Shown here: piece after piece, positions 29,772 to 40,760 of the stretch
How the letters are laid out: the number at the start of each line of letters is the position of its first letter
Position numbering within the stretch: position 1 is the first letter of the stretch
NCBI GenBank assembly: GCA_036278915.1
Contig: DASUKB010000001.1
Coordinates: 237,186 to 301,185, forward strand
Origin: Patescibacteria group bacterium
GTDB lineage: Bacteria; Patescibacteriota; Doudnabacteria; UBA920; O2-02-FULL-48-8
Direction of reading: 5' to 3'
Length of the DNA stretch: 64,000 nucleotides
Notes under the pieces: model-generated
Told to the model about the DNA's origin: nothing
The model's database searches: none
What the model saw: the letters and a program-made list of their open reading frames with translations, nothing else
Program-made: the position numbers and the translations under genes

Positions 29772-31268
29772 ATGGCAAACGATGTTATAGAAAAATTACG
29801 CAGCAAGATTGAAGGATTTGAAACGCGGGCCCGGGTAGAAACGGTCGGCCAGGTTTTGAGCATCGGCGACGGCATTGCCAAAGTCTCCGGACTTTCAAAC
29901 GTTGGCGCGTCCGAGATGTTGGAATTTCCAGGAAACCTTCTGGGAGTCGCGCTGAATTTGGAAGAAGATGCCGTGGGCGTAATTCTTTTCGGACCATACG
30001 ATCACGTTAAGCAAGGCGATACCGTGCGACCGACTGGAAAAATTTTATCCGTGCCAGTAGGCGACGCGCTCGTGGGCCGGGTGGTGAATCCTTTGGGCGA
30101 GCCTTTGGACAACAAGGGCCCTATTAAAGCCGATAAAATTTACCCGATAGAAAAAATTGCACCAGGCGTCATCGAGCGCCAATCGGTGCGAGAACCTTTG
30201 GAGACCGGAATTAAGGCAATCGATGCCATGATCCCAATCGGCCGCGGCCAGCGGGAACTTATAATTGGCGACCGCCAGACCGGCAAAACCGCCATTGCCA
30301 TAGACACCATAATCAACCAAAAAGGCAAAGGTGTGACCTGCATCTATGTCGCAATTGGACAGAAGGAATCCAAAGTTGCTCGCATCGTAGCAGAACTCGA
30401 AAAACACGGCGCCATGGAACACACGATAGTGGTCTTATCCGGAGCTGCTGACCCAGCCGCTTTATCGTATATTGCGCCGTTTGCCGGTTGCGCCATGGGT
30501 GAATACTTTATGGACAAAGGCCAAGCCGCGCTTATAGTTTATGATGATCTAAGTAAACACGCCGTGGCGTATCGTGAAATTTCGCTGCTGCTGCGCCGCC
30601 CGCCGGGACGCGAAGCCTACCCGGGCGACGTATTTTATCTGCACTCGCGTTTACTGGAGCGCGCAGCCAAACTTTCCGACAAAAACGGCGCCGGCTCGCT
30701 TACGGCTTTGCCGATTATAGAAACGCAGGCCGGAGATGTTTCGGCTTACATTCCGACGAACGTCATCTCCATCACAGACGGACAGATTTTCCTGGAAACA
30801 GATTTATTCTATCAGGGTATCCGTCCTGCTCTTAACGTCGGCATTTCCGTGTCGCGTGTGGGTTCTGCTGCCCAGACTAAGGCCGTCAAAAAAGTCGCGG
30901 GCAAGTTGCGCTTGGACATGGCCCAGTACCGAGAGCTGGCCGCGTTCGCGCAATTTTCGTCTGACCTGGACCCGCAGACCAAGGCTCGCATCGAGCTCGG
31001 CCAGCGGATTACCGAAGTGCTCAAGCAAAATCAGTATGAACCGTTGAGTTCGGCGCATGAAGTGGCGATTCTTTACGCGGTCACTAATGGTTTCATGGAT
31101 AAAGTCCCAGTGCCTGACGTTAAATCTTGGGAAACTAAATTTCATAAATTCTTGAATGCCGAACACAAGGACCTTCTGGCTCAAATTCCCAAGATTAAAG
31201 ATTTTTCCGAAATTGAACCAGGGCTTAAAATAGCTATTGAGGAATTCAACAAGACTTATGTCAAATAA
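29772..31268 (+). CDS. atpA: ATP synthase F1 alpha
   Basis: [29 protein letters not shown]. Confidence 0.98.
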   Translation: MANDVIEKLRSKIEGFETRARVETVGQVLSIGDGIAKVSGLSNVGASEMLEFPGNLLGVALNLEEDAVGVILFGPYDHVKQGDTVRPTGKILSVPVGDALVGRVVNPLGEPLDNKGPIKADKIYPIEKIAPGVIERQSVREPLETGIKAIDAMIPIGRGQRELIIGDRQTGKTAIAIDTIINQKGKGVTCIYVAIGQKESKVARIVAELEKHGAMEHTIVVLSGAADPAALSYIAPFAGCAMGEYFMDKGQAALIVYDDLSKHAVAYREISLLLRRPPGREAYPGDVFYLHSRLLERAAKLSDKNGAGSLTALPIIETQAGDVSAYIPTNVISITDGQIFLETDLFYQGIRPALNVGISVSRVGSAAQTKAVKKVAGKLRLDMAQYRELAAFAQFSSDLDPQTKARIELGQRITEVLKQNQYEPLSSAHEVAILYAVTNGFMDKVPVPDVKSWETKFHKFLNAEHKDLLAQIPKIKDFSEIEPGLKIAIEEFNKTYVK

Positions 31269-31500
31269 TAACGATGACCCACTTTCGCAAACAGCACAAT
31301 CTCTTAAGCTAGGGGTTTATGGTCATTTCAAAGGTCATAATGTTACAGTTATTGGAGTTGCCAGACATTCAGAAGATCCTACCCAAGAGTTTGTGGTTTA
31401 TGATCATGATGGAAAATTATGGATTAGACCACTTGGTATGTTTTTAGAAAATGTCGATCGTGATGGTTACAGTGGTCCGCGATTTAAGCATTTAGGATAA
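31258..31500 (+). CDS. DUF1653 family protein
   Basis: GVYGHFKG...GVARHSE...VVY...LWIRPLGMF...PRF. Confidence 0.85.
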   Translation: MSNNNDDPLSQTAQSLKLGVYGHFKGHNVTVIGVARHSEDPTQEFVVYDHDGKLWIRPLGMFLENVDRDGYSGPRFKHLG

Positions 31501-31502
31501 AT

Positions 31503-32366
31503 ATGGCCAACGGCAAAGAAATAAAAGGACGCATACGTTCCGTCCGCAATATCGGGCAAATCACGAAGGCTATGGAGCTGGTTTCGGCTGCCAAAATGCG
31601 CAAAGCACAGGCTCAAGCGAGATCCTCGCGTACTTACGCAAAGTTGTCTTCGGCCCTGCTTGAGAATTTGGCTTCGCGCACCCAAGAGCAGAACCATCCG
31701 TTGCTTTCGCACGCCTACAGTCCGGAAGATGCCCAAGGGCAAGCCTTGGTGCTGGTTATCGGCCCGGACAAAGGTTTGGCCGGCGCGCTTAACCTCAATC
31801 TTATCCAAAAAACTCTGGAAGTCGTCAAGCAAGAAAACCACCGGACGGACTTCGTGACTATCGGCAAAAAGAGCACGGACGCAATCCGCAGAATCGGTTC
31901 CAAAATTGTCGCCACGTTTGATGCCCGAGACCGAGAGGTTTCCATAAACGATGCCCGCCCGATTGCCCAGATTGCCATAAACGAATTTGTAAACGGGCAT
32001 TATACAAGAGTTTTTATAGTCTACACAGATTTTGTTTCAACATTGGTGCAGAAACCCGCAGTGTTGCGCTTGCTGCCCTTGGCCAAAGTTTCCGAGCCGG
32101 ACAGCGAAGAATATTTATTTGAACCGAGTCCGGATGATGTCTGGGACAATTTGATTTATCGGACGATTGAGTTTGCGGTATATCAGTCCATGCTTGAAGC
32201 CGTGGCTTCGGAGCATTCGGCGCGCATGGTGGCCATGCGCAATGCCAACCAGTCGGCCACGGATTTGGTATCTGAATTACAATTAAGCTATAACCAGGCG
32301 CGCCAGGCGGCAATCACGAAAGAACTTTCGGAAATTTCCGCAGCCAAATTGGCGATGGAAGGCTAA
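31503..32366 (+). CDS. atpG: ATP synthase F1 gamma
   Basis: QITKAMELVSAAK, SEHSARMVAM, RQAAITKEL. Confidence 0.97.
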   Translation: MANGKEIKGRIRSVRNIGQITKAMELVSAAKMRKAQAQARSSRTYAKLSSALLENLASRTQEQNHPLLSHAYSPEDAQGQALVLVIGPDKGLAGALNLNLIQKTLEVVKQENHRTDFVTIGKKSTDAIRRIGSKIVATFDARDREVSINDARPIAQIAINEFVNGHYTRVFIVYTDFVSTLVQKPAVLRLLPLAKVSEPDSEEYLFEPSPDDVWDNLIYRTIEFAVYQSMLEAVASEHSARMVAMRNANQSATDLVSELQLSYNQARQAAITKELSEISAAKLAMEG

Positions 32367-32405
32367 AGCCTTCCGCTACGCTCAAAATGTAGCGGAAAAC
32401 TTTAG

Positions 32406-33794
<1,389 letters not shown>

Positions 33795-33845
33795 CCTAAT
33801 TAACCTAATTGCTCTAATTTCTAAACTTAGGTCAATTAGAAATTT

Positions 33846-34283
33846 ATGATTCATTTTAAAATCGTAACTCCTGAGCGCGAGGTGCTGGATGCGGAAGCAG
33901 ATTCCGTGACTTTGCCCACGCAAATGGGTGAAATTACAATTTTGCCAAACCATATACCACTGGTGGCAAACCTTGCTCCTGGTGAAATGCGCTTTCGCCG
34001 CGGTACGGCGGAAGAGTCTTTTGCTGTGTCGGGAGGGTTTGTGGAAGTCAAAAAAAATCACGAAGTCGTGGTTCTGGCCGACACAGCAGAGCGCGGGCAC
34101 GAGATAGATTTGGACCGCGCCGAACGTGCGCGCGAACGTGCCAGCAAATTTATAAACGAATCATACAAAGACCAGAAATCATTGGCCGATGCTTCTGCTA
34201 GTTTGCAAAAGCATTTAGCGCGTATCCGCGTAGCGCGCAAGCACCGCACAAAGTCAGGCTCAGCGATCCACACAAATTATTAG
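33846..34283 (+). CDS. atpC: ATP synthase F1 epsilon
   Basis: IVTPE, GEITILPNHIP, VSGGFVEV. Confidence 0.95.
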   Translation: MIHFKIVTPEREVLDAEADSVTLPTQMGEITILPNHIPLVANLAPGEMRFRRGTAEESFAVSGGFVEVKKNHEVVVLADTAERGHEIDLDRAERARERASKFINESYKDQKSLADASASLQKHLARIRVARKHRTKSGSAIHTNY

Positions 34284-34357
34284 GAATCTTGACTTTTGTG
34301 ACCAGTTGAAGTAAAATCAATTGGTTGCTTTTGTTTCTGCGTACAAAGGAGGGTAGG

Positions 34358-34780
34358 ATGGAAAAAGCCCGGAGTCAGGCTGTGTTGTTGCATTGCCAGG
34401 ATCCGAGATTCAAAAGCCACGTCGAGAAATTGGTCGTGGCGAACCTCGGGCTCACGGAAGAAGAACTGGATGTCATTTCTGTTCCCGGCGGCGGCTGGGA
34501 ACTCGCGCGATCTGGCGTAGGAATTGAACTGCTGGCAACTGGCCTGAAAATCGCTATTCAGGATCATGGCGCGCGCACGGTTGTCATCGTCCACCATCAG
34601 GACTGCGGCGCGTACGGCGGTTCCGGCTCCTTCCGCAACCTTGATCACGAGCGGGAACATCATGACCGCGAGATACGCAAAGCGGTTCACCAGCTCATCG
34701 TGCGGTTCCGTCACATTCAGGACTTTCAGGGTTACATGGCCGTCAAGAACGGGCATGTAAGTCTGGATCGCTTGTTCTGA
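34358..34780 (+). CDS. Beta-class-like carbonic anhydrase, copy 1
   Basis: CQDPR and HQDCGAYGG Zn-ligand motifs; own TTGACT-17-TAAAAT promoter, GGAGG SD and terminator. Confidence 0.75.
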   Translation: MEKARSQAVLLHCQDPRFKSHVEKLVVANLGLTEEELDVISVPGGGWELARSGVGIELLATGLKIAIQDHGARTVVIVHHQDCGAYGGSGSFRNLDHEREHHDREIRKAVHQLIVRFRHIQDFQGYMAVKNGHVSLDRLF

Positions 34781-34786
34781 CTTCTT

Positions 34787-34823
34787 GACCGCAAGGACTT
34801 TGGTCCTTGCGGTCTTCCTTTTT
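34787..34823 (+). terminator. Intrinsic terminator
   Basis: GACCGCAAGGAC/GTCCTTGCGGTC stem plus T-rich tail. Confidence 0.75.
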
Positions 34824-34857
34824 ATTTAGTAAGATTGCGTTGTATTAACCCAAATTT

Positions 34858-35271
34858 ATGTCACAAGCACAGGCAGTAGCACTGTCATGTATTGATTTCC
34901 GTTTCCGTAAACCGATCGCTGAATTTTTTGAAAACGAACTGAATATTTATGCCGTGGACCACATGGCCCAGGGCGGTGGCGTGAAGATGATCCTGGAGGA
35001 CGGACCGATTCGCCAGTGGACTTTTGAAAATTTTGACATCGCCTTCAACAAACACGACGTCAAGCGCGTAATTCTCATCAATCATCAGGACTGCGGCGCG
35101 TACGGCGGTTCCGGCTCCTTCAATGGTCTAGAAGACGAGGTAGAAAAGCAGGAGATCCAGCTTCGGCACGGCGTATCTGTAGTACAATCAAAATATCCCG
35201 ATAAACAAGTGGAAGCGTATTTGGCGCTTTTGGCAGACGACGGCAAGGTTACCTTTAAAAAAGTCGTCTAA
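34858..35271 (+). CDS. Beta-class-like carbonic anhydrase, copy 2
   Basis: CIDFR and HQDCGAYGG. Confidence 0.8.
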   Translation: MSQAQAVALSCIDFRFRKPIAEFFENELNIYAVDHMAQGGGVKMILEDGPIRQWTFENFDIAFNKHDVKRVILINHQDCGAYGGSGSFNGLEDEVEKQEIQLRHGVSVVQSKYPDKQVEAYLALLADDGKVTFKKVV

Positions 35272-35272
35272 C

Positions 35273-36676
35273 GTGCAGATTGTAAAGTGGAAAGCGCGAA
35301 CCTCATTGGAAAAAGCCGGATTAAAAATTGTCCGGCTTTTAAACAAGCATAAATTTCAAGCTTTTTTCGTAGGCGGCATTGTGAGAAATTTTTTGCTTAA
35401 GAGGGAATCCGACAATTTGGATATAGCAACAGACGCTTTGCCGGATGAAGTGGAGAAGGTTTTGGAATCCGCTGGAATTGAATTTAAGCAAGTCGGCAAA
35501 AAGTACGGAACAATTCTTGCCATTGCACACGGGCAAAAAATTGAAATCACGACTTTCCGCGCCGAAGGCCGCTACAGCGACCAGCGTCATCCGGACAGCG
35601 TAAAATTTATAGTTGATTACATTAATGACGCCAAACGGCGCGATCTTACGATTAACGCCCTGTATTTAAATCCTGTAACTTGCGAGATATTTGATCCAGA
35701 AGGCGGTCTGCACGATTTGGGACGCAAAATCATAAAATTTGTAGGGGATCCCAAGAAGCGCATTGAAGAAGACCCGTTGAGGATGTTGAGGGCCGTGCGT
35801 TTTGTTGTGACTTTAGGATTTAAGTTCGAGAAGAATTCATTTGCCGCCATCAAAACACGTGCCAAGCTCATTAGGGATGTGTCAGGAACTCGTATTCGTC
35901 TGGAACTGGACAAAATCCTGCTTTCGCAAAATGCGCGGATTGGATTGGAACTCTTGGATGCCGCAGGCCTGCTCAAATGTATAACCCCGGAACTTATAGA
36001 GCTCAAAAGAATAGACCACAAATCGTCGCGCCATCACAGAGAAGGAAATATGTTCGTGCACACCATGCTGGCCTTGGAGAATTCTGCGCCGGACTTGCTT
36101 GTGAGATATGCGGTGCTCTTTCACGATATCGGCAAAGCCTCCGTTAAAATGCGACAAAAGTCAGACCGCGGAGGTTTTCCATATCTGTCCACTCCCGGTC
36201 ATGAGAAGGCCTCAGTTAAAATATTTTTAAGGTTCGCGCAAAAATATTCTTTCTCGCGAGCTGATCAGGAGATCGTTGGCTGGTTGATCCTCCATCATGA
36301 TGACCGCACAAACTTTTGTCAGCTGAGCGGAGAAAAACAGATCAAGTACGCGCTGGAGCCGCGGTTTGCCAGGCTTTTGGATGTTTGGTTTGCAGATTCC
36401 AGAGGAAACTTGCGTCTAAATGACCTCGGTACTGTTGTTCCAGGCAACTCACCTGCGGTTGCGATAGGAGAAAAATTTTTGCGGCGGATTGCTATTAAAT
36501 CTGAACTTCTAAATAAATTTGCTCGAGGCGAATTTATTATTACAGAGACGGGACTTCGTACGGGAATAAAAATTGGCCAGATTTTGGATGAGGTTAAAAT
36601 CAAAATTATCCTGGGACAAATAACGGACAAGACTTCGGCAATAAATTTTTTGAAAAAGTTTAAAAAAAACACTTGA
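35273..36676 (+). CDS. CCA-adding/tRNA nucleotidyltransferase with HD domain
   Basis: VGGIVRN, LDIAT, RRDLTINAL, EDPLRMLRAVRF, FHDIGK. Confidence 0.92.
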   Translation: MQIVKWKARTSLEKAGLKIVRLLNKHKFQAFFVGGIVRNFLLKRESDNLDIATDALPDEVEKVLESAGIEFKQVGKKYGTILAIAHGQKIEITTFRAEGRYSDQRHPDSVKFIVDYINDAKRRDLTINALYLNPVTCEIFDPEGGLHDLGRKIIKFVGDPKKRIEEDPLRMLRAVRFVVTLGFKFEKNSFAAIKTRAKLIRDVSGTRIRLELDKILLSQNARIGLELLDAAGLLKCITPELIELKRIDHKSSRHHREGNMFVHTMLALENSAPDLLVRYAVLFHDIGKASVKMRQKSDRGGFPYLSTPGHEKASVKIFLRFAQKYSFSRADQEIVGWLILHHDDRTNFCQLSGEKQIKYALEPRFARLLDVWFADSRGNLRLNDLGTVVPGNSPAVAIGEKFLRRIAIKSELLNKFARGEFIITETGLRTGIKIGQILDEVKIKIILGQITDKTSAINFLKKFKKNT

Positions 36677-36830
36677 CATCTTTTCCAATATAGTTTACGC
36701 TTTTGGTGTTATGTTAATTTGGCTTGATCTCCGGAAAAATGTAACACGGAGTGAAAGAAAAAGAAAAAATTATAAGTCTTGCGAAAATTTCTAAAAAATT
36801 TTTTGCAAGGCGCAAGGAGTGCCTCCTAAG

Positions 36831-36896
36831 ATGGCAAAGAAAAAAGCCAAGAAGACCGCGAAGCGAAAAGGCGGTTCAAAGAAAAAGCGAGTATAG
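36831..36896 (+). CDS. 21-aa Lys/Arg-rich micro-protein
   Basis: MAKKKAKKTAKRKGGSKKKRV; AAGGAG upstream; terminator at 36906-36939. Confidence 0.55.
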   Translation: MAKKKAKKTAKRKGGSKKKRV

Positions 36897-37039
36897 CTTT
36901 TCTGTAAATACCCCGGCAAAAACGTCGGGGTATTTATTTGCCTTGATTTTCGCGCGGTTTGTGATATAATGTTAAACGCTTACAGGATTCCGGTTCTTGA
37001 GGTGACATAAAAGAAGCCCGAGCCTGTTTTAATTTTACT

Positions 37040-37116
37040 GCCGGTGTAGCTCAGTTGGTTAGAGCGTGGGACTCATAAGCCCGAGGTCAGAGGTTCGAAT
37101 CCTCTCACCGGCACCA
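37040..37116 (+). tRNA. tRNA with CAT anticodon (elongator Met or Ile2)
   Basis: GCCGGTG acceptor stem, CTCATAA loop, A31.G39 mismatch, CCA. Confidence 0.9.
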
Positions 37117-37256
37117 GTGAGTAAATAATTTGGATAATTTTAGGCACGAGCATTGTTGTAAATTTAGTCTGCGCAGCGCGACGGCGCGAGCACGCAGGCC
37201 GATCCGCCAGCAGGCGGAGACGGCCGGTAAATTTGCAATCAATGCGAGCGCATTAT

Positions 37257-37331
37257 CGCGGGGTAGAGAAATGGCATCTCGCAAGGCTCATAACCTTGAG
37301 ATTGGCGGTTCGAATCCGCCCCCCGCAACCA
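37257..37331 (+). tRNA. Initiator tRNA-fMet(CAT)
   Basis: CGCGGGG...CCCCGCA with C1.A72 mismatch, CAT anticodon, CCA. Confidence 0.92.
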
Positions 37332-37333
37332 AT

Positions 37334-37412
37334 GGGCGCGTGGTGTAGCCCGGTCTAACACGTCTCCCTGTCACGGAGAAGATCGCCGGTTCAAATCCGG
37401 TCGCGCCCGCCA
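37334..37412 (+). tRNA. tRNA-Asp(GTC)
   Basis: CTGTCAC anticodon loop, GGTTCAAATCC, G discriminator, CCA. Confidence 0.94.
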
Positions 37413-37414
37413 TG

Positions 37415-37452
37415 AAGTAAAATCCCCACCTTTGTGTGGGGATTTTACTTTT
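37415..37452 (+). terminator. Terminator of tRNA operon
   Basis: AAGTAAAATCCCCAC/GTGGGGATTTTACTT hairpin. Confidence 0.8.
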
Positions 37453-37533
37453 CCGGATTGTCCGGAGTTTTTTCATTGCAATTTTATATAAAAAAATCCC
37501 CGGGGAAGCTCGAAAGCTTCCTCGGGGTCGGTT

Positions 37534-38496
37534 TCATCGTCGGAAGTAGACCACGATCTTGCGACCCGTAACTGGGTCGATGACCGTTTCCACCTTCACG
37601 ACTTTCCTCCTGCTAGTTGTTCGCACCCGCGGACGCGACGTACGTTCTAGGTTATCCTGCCGTGCGGCCAGTTGTGCGGTTCGTTGCTCGAGCGGATAGA
37701 TGTGATCTTCCTTCAGACCTTGTATCCGATCGGTGTTCGTTTTGATCTGGGTTCTCTGCGCGTTCACCGTGTACGCAAGCTTGCCCAGATCCGTAGCGAC
37801 GCGGTCAAGCGTGACACCAGAAGGACTGGTTGCCGGCTGGTTCGCGGTGGTCGTTGTCACGGTTGTGGTGGACGGCGCGTGTGCTGCCGCAGGTTTGGCC
37901 GGAGCAGCCGCAGCCTGCTTCGTGGTCGTGTTGGTCACAACCGTTGAGGTGGTGCGCCATGGCCTGTACAGAACGAGCAGTACGACAATGCCCACAAAGA
38001 TCAAAACAGTAATCCAGGGCAACTGTGGCTTCCACCACGCTCGCCGGGCTTGTTTAACCTTGACGACTGGCGTTACAGATTGGCCGTTGGCATAGACCTT
38101 GATTGACTGCGCCAATTCGTCCAGGGTGTAGTGATTCTTTACGAGGCAGACCGCAACGTTGCGAATCTCCTCGTCAGTAGCTGTACGATGATAGGGATCC
38201 ATCTCAATGCCGCTCGAAACGAGAGGCAAGGTATTGAGCAAAGGGCTTTGGAGGGCGAAAGCGAGCCGTTGCGTGTAGACGACGCGATTGGGCGCCAGGA
38301 CTTTGTGCTTCTCGAGGCTTTCTTTGATGTTGTCAAAGTAGACCTCTTTGGAGCGCTCCGTCCGCCCTTTGTTTAGGCAGGCTGTGGTGTGTCTCGCCAG
38401 CTCTGCGTAGTCCAACACCGTTGGTTTGGCTGGTTCCGGTTCGACATCTTCATCGTAGCTGCCGACGTGAACCACAGGACGTTCTTCTTCGGTCAT
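37534..38496 (-). CDS. Orphan bitopic membrane protein with Thr/Ala/Pro linker and coiled coil
   Basis: 320 aa; TM WITVLIFVGIVVLLVLY; GGAGG SD; directly downstream of MreB-like gene; terminator at ~37491-37528. Confidence 0.75.
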   Translation of the reverse strand: MTEEERPVVHVGSYDEDVEPEPAKPTVLDYAELARHTTACLNKGRTERSKEVYFDNIKESLEKHKVLAPNRVVYTQRLAFALQSPLLNTLPLVSSGIEMDPYHRTATDEEIRNVAVCLVKNHYTLDELAQSIKVYANGQSVTPVVKVKQARRAWWKPQLPWITVLIFVGIVVLLVLYRPWRTTSTVVTNTTTKQAAAAPAKPAAAHAPSTTTVTTTTANQPATSPSGVTLDRVATDLGKLAYTVNAQRTQIKTNTDRIQGLKEDHIYPLEQRTAQLAARQDNLERTSRPRVRTTSRRKVVKVETVIDPVTGRKIVVYFRR

Positions 38497-38510
38497 TGTT
38501 CCTCCAGAAA

Positions 38511-39605
38511 TCAGGCAGCCTCGTTGAGGCTGAACTGTCTGATGAGATCGGGATCCTCCAGGATCTTGGCTCCTCCGAGGATCACGGACATGAGCGGTTT
38601 TTCCACGCGACGGACTTCGAGGCCGAGTTCATTCGTGAGGTACTGGTCCATGCCGTCGATGAGCGAACCGCCGCCAGTGAGCCAGATGCCATTGTCCTTG
38701 AGATCCGTGTGGACCTGGCCTTCCTCGATCTTTGAGATGTGTTCCCGGAGGAGTGAAGCAATGTGTTTGAGTACATTCTCCAACAAGCACTCTCGGATCT
38801 CGTCACTTGAGAGGTCCGCTTCGCGTTGTTCTTCGAGTGGGCGGCCACGGACGGTCGCTTTCAACTTGCGGCTGTCTTCGAACGGGCAGGCCGAACCAAT
38901 CTTCTTTTTGATCCACTCCGCCGTTCTGATCCCGATGCCGAGTTTGTGTTCGGTCTTGAGGTGCTTGACGATCGCCTCATCCATGAGGTCGCCACCGTAC
39001 TCAAAGCTCTTGCTGTACGGCAGTTCGGCGCCGCCTGCAAGGATTGCGATATCTGTGGTGCCGCCACCGATATCCACGATAGTGCAAGCCTTGCCATCCT
39101 GGAAGTTGAGGTCAGCGCCGAACGCGGCCTCCACGGGTTCGCTGACGATCACCGCGCGGCCGCCAACCTCATCGTTGATCAGGTTTCTGATCGCTCGGTT
39201 CTCCATGAGTGTGGAATTGCAAGGCACTCCAACGAGAATCATGGGCTTGGTGAGCGTGGCGCCCAGATGCCGGAATCTCCCGAATGAAGGGTACACTCGG
39301 CGGATCATTGCGCCCATAGTACTCACAAAGGCACTCTCGTCGAAGATTCTTCCTCGGCGAACTGGCCACGCGATTTCCAACTCGCTGGGAAGTCTGCCAA
39401 TCTTGCGGTATGCCTCGTCGCCGGTGGCCTCGAGTGCTTTGTTTGCCACGCGCCGGGAAACGATTGACCGTTCCTGAAAAATTTCATCCGGCTCGGCATC
39501 GGGATCCAAGCATTCCTTGAGCTGTATGAGGCCTTTGCCTCGGACGTACATCTCCACCGTGCCGGTGCCCATGTCAAAAGCCATGTCCTCGAACATTTTC
39601 ATCAT
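38511..39605 (-). CDS. Divergent MreB-like actin ATPase
   Basis: DMGTGT, EPVEAAFG, VDIGGGTTDIA, GGDLMDEAI, LTGGGSLI; AAAGGAGGGA SD; TTGACT-17-TATTAT promoter. Confidence 0.88.
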   Translation of the reverse strand: MMKMFEDMAFDMGTGTVEMYVRGKGLIQLKECLDPDAEPDEIFQERSIVSRRVANKALEATGDEAYRKIGRLPSELEIAWPVRRGRIFDESAFVSTMGAMIRRVYPSFGRFRHLGATLTKPMILVGVPCNSTLMENRAIRNLINDEVGGRAVIVSEPVEAAFGADLNFQDGKACTIVDIGGGTTDIAILAGGAELPYSKSFEYGGDLMDEAIVKHLKTEHKLGIGIRTAEWIKKKIGSACPFEDSRKLKATVRGRPLEEQREADLSSDEIRECLLENVLKHIASLLREHISKIEEGQVHTDLKDNGIWLTGGGSLIDGMDQYLTNELGLEVRRVEKPLMSVILGGAKILEDPDLIRQFSLNEAA

Positions 39606-39740
39606 ACTAGTCCCTCCTTTGGAACGTTGAAAATAGCTGTTTTTCGTCAATTGCTTGACGCATCATAATACCTAAACATCAAAGTTAAGTCAAGCCCGTA
39701 TGAGTTAGCCAGAATAGGCTAGTTCTGGTATAATTAGTCT

Positions 39741-40760
39741 ATGCCGACAGCATATTTAATTGGACTTTTGGTAATTTTGGCCGGAGGATTTACTGCGGTG
39801 ATTTTAATGCTGCGCAAATCGCAGGACAAACCGCAGGATTCGGAAGCGCTCAAGGTTATGATGGAGTGGATGAAGGAAATAAAGCAAGAAACGGTAAGCA
39901 GCAAGCAGCGCACAGAAGACAATCTCAAAGACATCAACAAATCAATTAATGAACGGCTGGACAACGCCGGACGTGTAATCTCGCAGCTTACCAAAGAACT
40001 GGGCGGTGTAAGCCAAATTGGGCCGGACATCCGCAAGCTTACCGAAACCTTGAGTTCGCCGAAACTTCGCGGCAACTTTGGCGAAGATGTTTTGCAAACA
40101 TTGCTCACCAATATCTTTCCCAAAGAACTTTGCAAGTTCCAGTACAGGTTCAAAAACGGCGAAATTGTGGACGCCGCGCTCATCATAGGCGAGCTCCTGG
40201 TGCCGATTGACAGCAAGTTCTCAATGGAAAATTACAGGTTGTACAAAGAAGCCAAAACCGACGACACTGCCGCAGACCTCAAGAAATCATTTTTTAAGGA
40301 TGTGAAGAAGCGCGTCGACGAGATCCACAGGAAATACATTTTGCCGCAGGAAGGAACTTTGGACTACGCGTTTATGTTTGTCCCAAGCGAGGGAATTTAT
40401 ATGGAAATTGCCGATGACCAGGACGCGCAAACTTATGCACGTGGTAAAAACGTGGTCATCGTCGGGCCAAACACGCTAAACGTGACCTTGCGCGCGCTTA
40501 TGGTATCGCTACGGGGCCAGCAGATAAGCAAAGCGGCCAAACAGGTACTGGCGGCCATAAACGGTATCAAGCAGGAAAGCGACAAATTTGGTAAAAGTTT
40601 GGACACAATGGCCAATCACGTGAAGAACACCAACAACTCCATGAGCGGCATAGTCGATGCTTACGTCAAACTCAAAAACCAAATTGCCAATGCTGCAAAT
40701 TTAGAACTGGAATCCGAAAAGGAACCGGAGAAATTGACGCAAGCAGATAAGCTTTTGTAA
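39741..40760 (+). CDS. rmuC: RmuC family protein
   Basis: KLRGNFGE, PIDSKF, KYILPQEGTLDYAFMFVPSEG. Confidence 0.9.
   Translation: MPTAYLIGLLVILAGGFTAVILMLRKSQDKPQDSEALKVMMEWMKEIKQETVSSKQRTEDNLKDINKSINERLDNAGRVISQLTKELGGVSQIGPDIRKLTETLSSPKLRGNFGEDVLQTLLTNIFPKELCKFQYRFKNGEIVDAALIIGELLVPIDSKFSMENYRLYKEAKTDDTAADLKKSFFKDVKKRVDEIHRKYILPQEGTLDYAFMFVPSEGIYMEIADDQDAQTYARGKNVVIVGPNTLNVTLRALMVSLRGQQISKAAKQVLAAINGIKQESDKFGKSLDTMANHVKNTNNSMSGIVDAYVKLKNQIANAANLELESEKEPEKLTQADKLL

Noticed and set aside
34595-35121. Diversity-generating retroelement TR/VR pair
   Set aside because: Repeat is short, has no adenine-specific mismatches, and no reverse transcriptase is in the window
38389-39477. 362-aa plus-strand ORF
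   Set aside because: Antisense shadow of the MreB-like gene, expected with GC-ending codons
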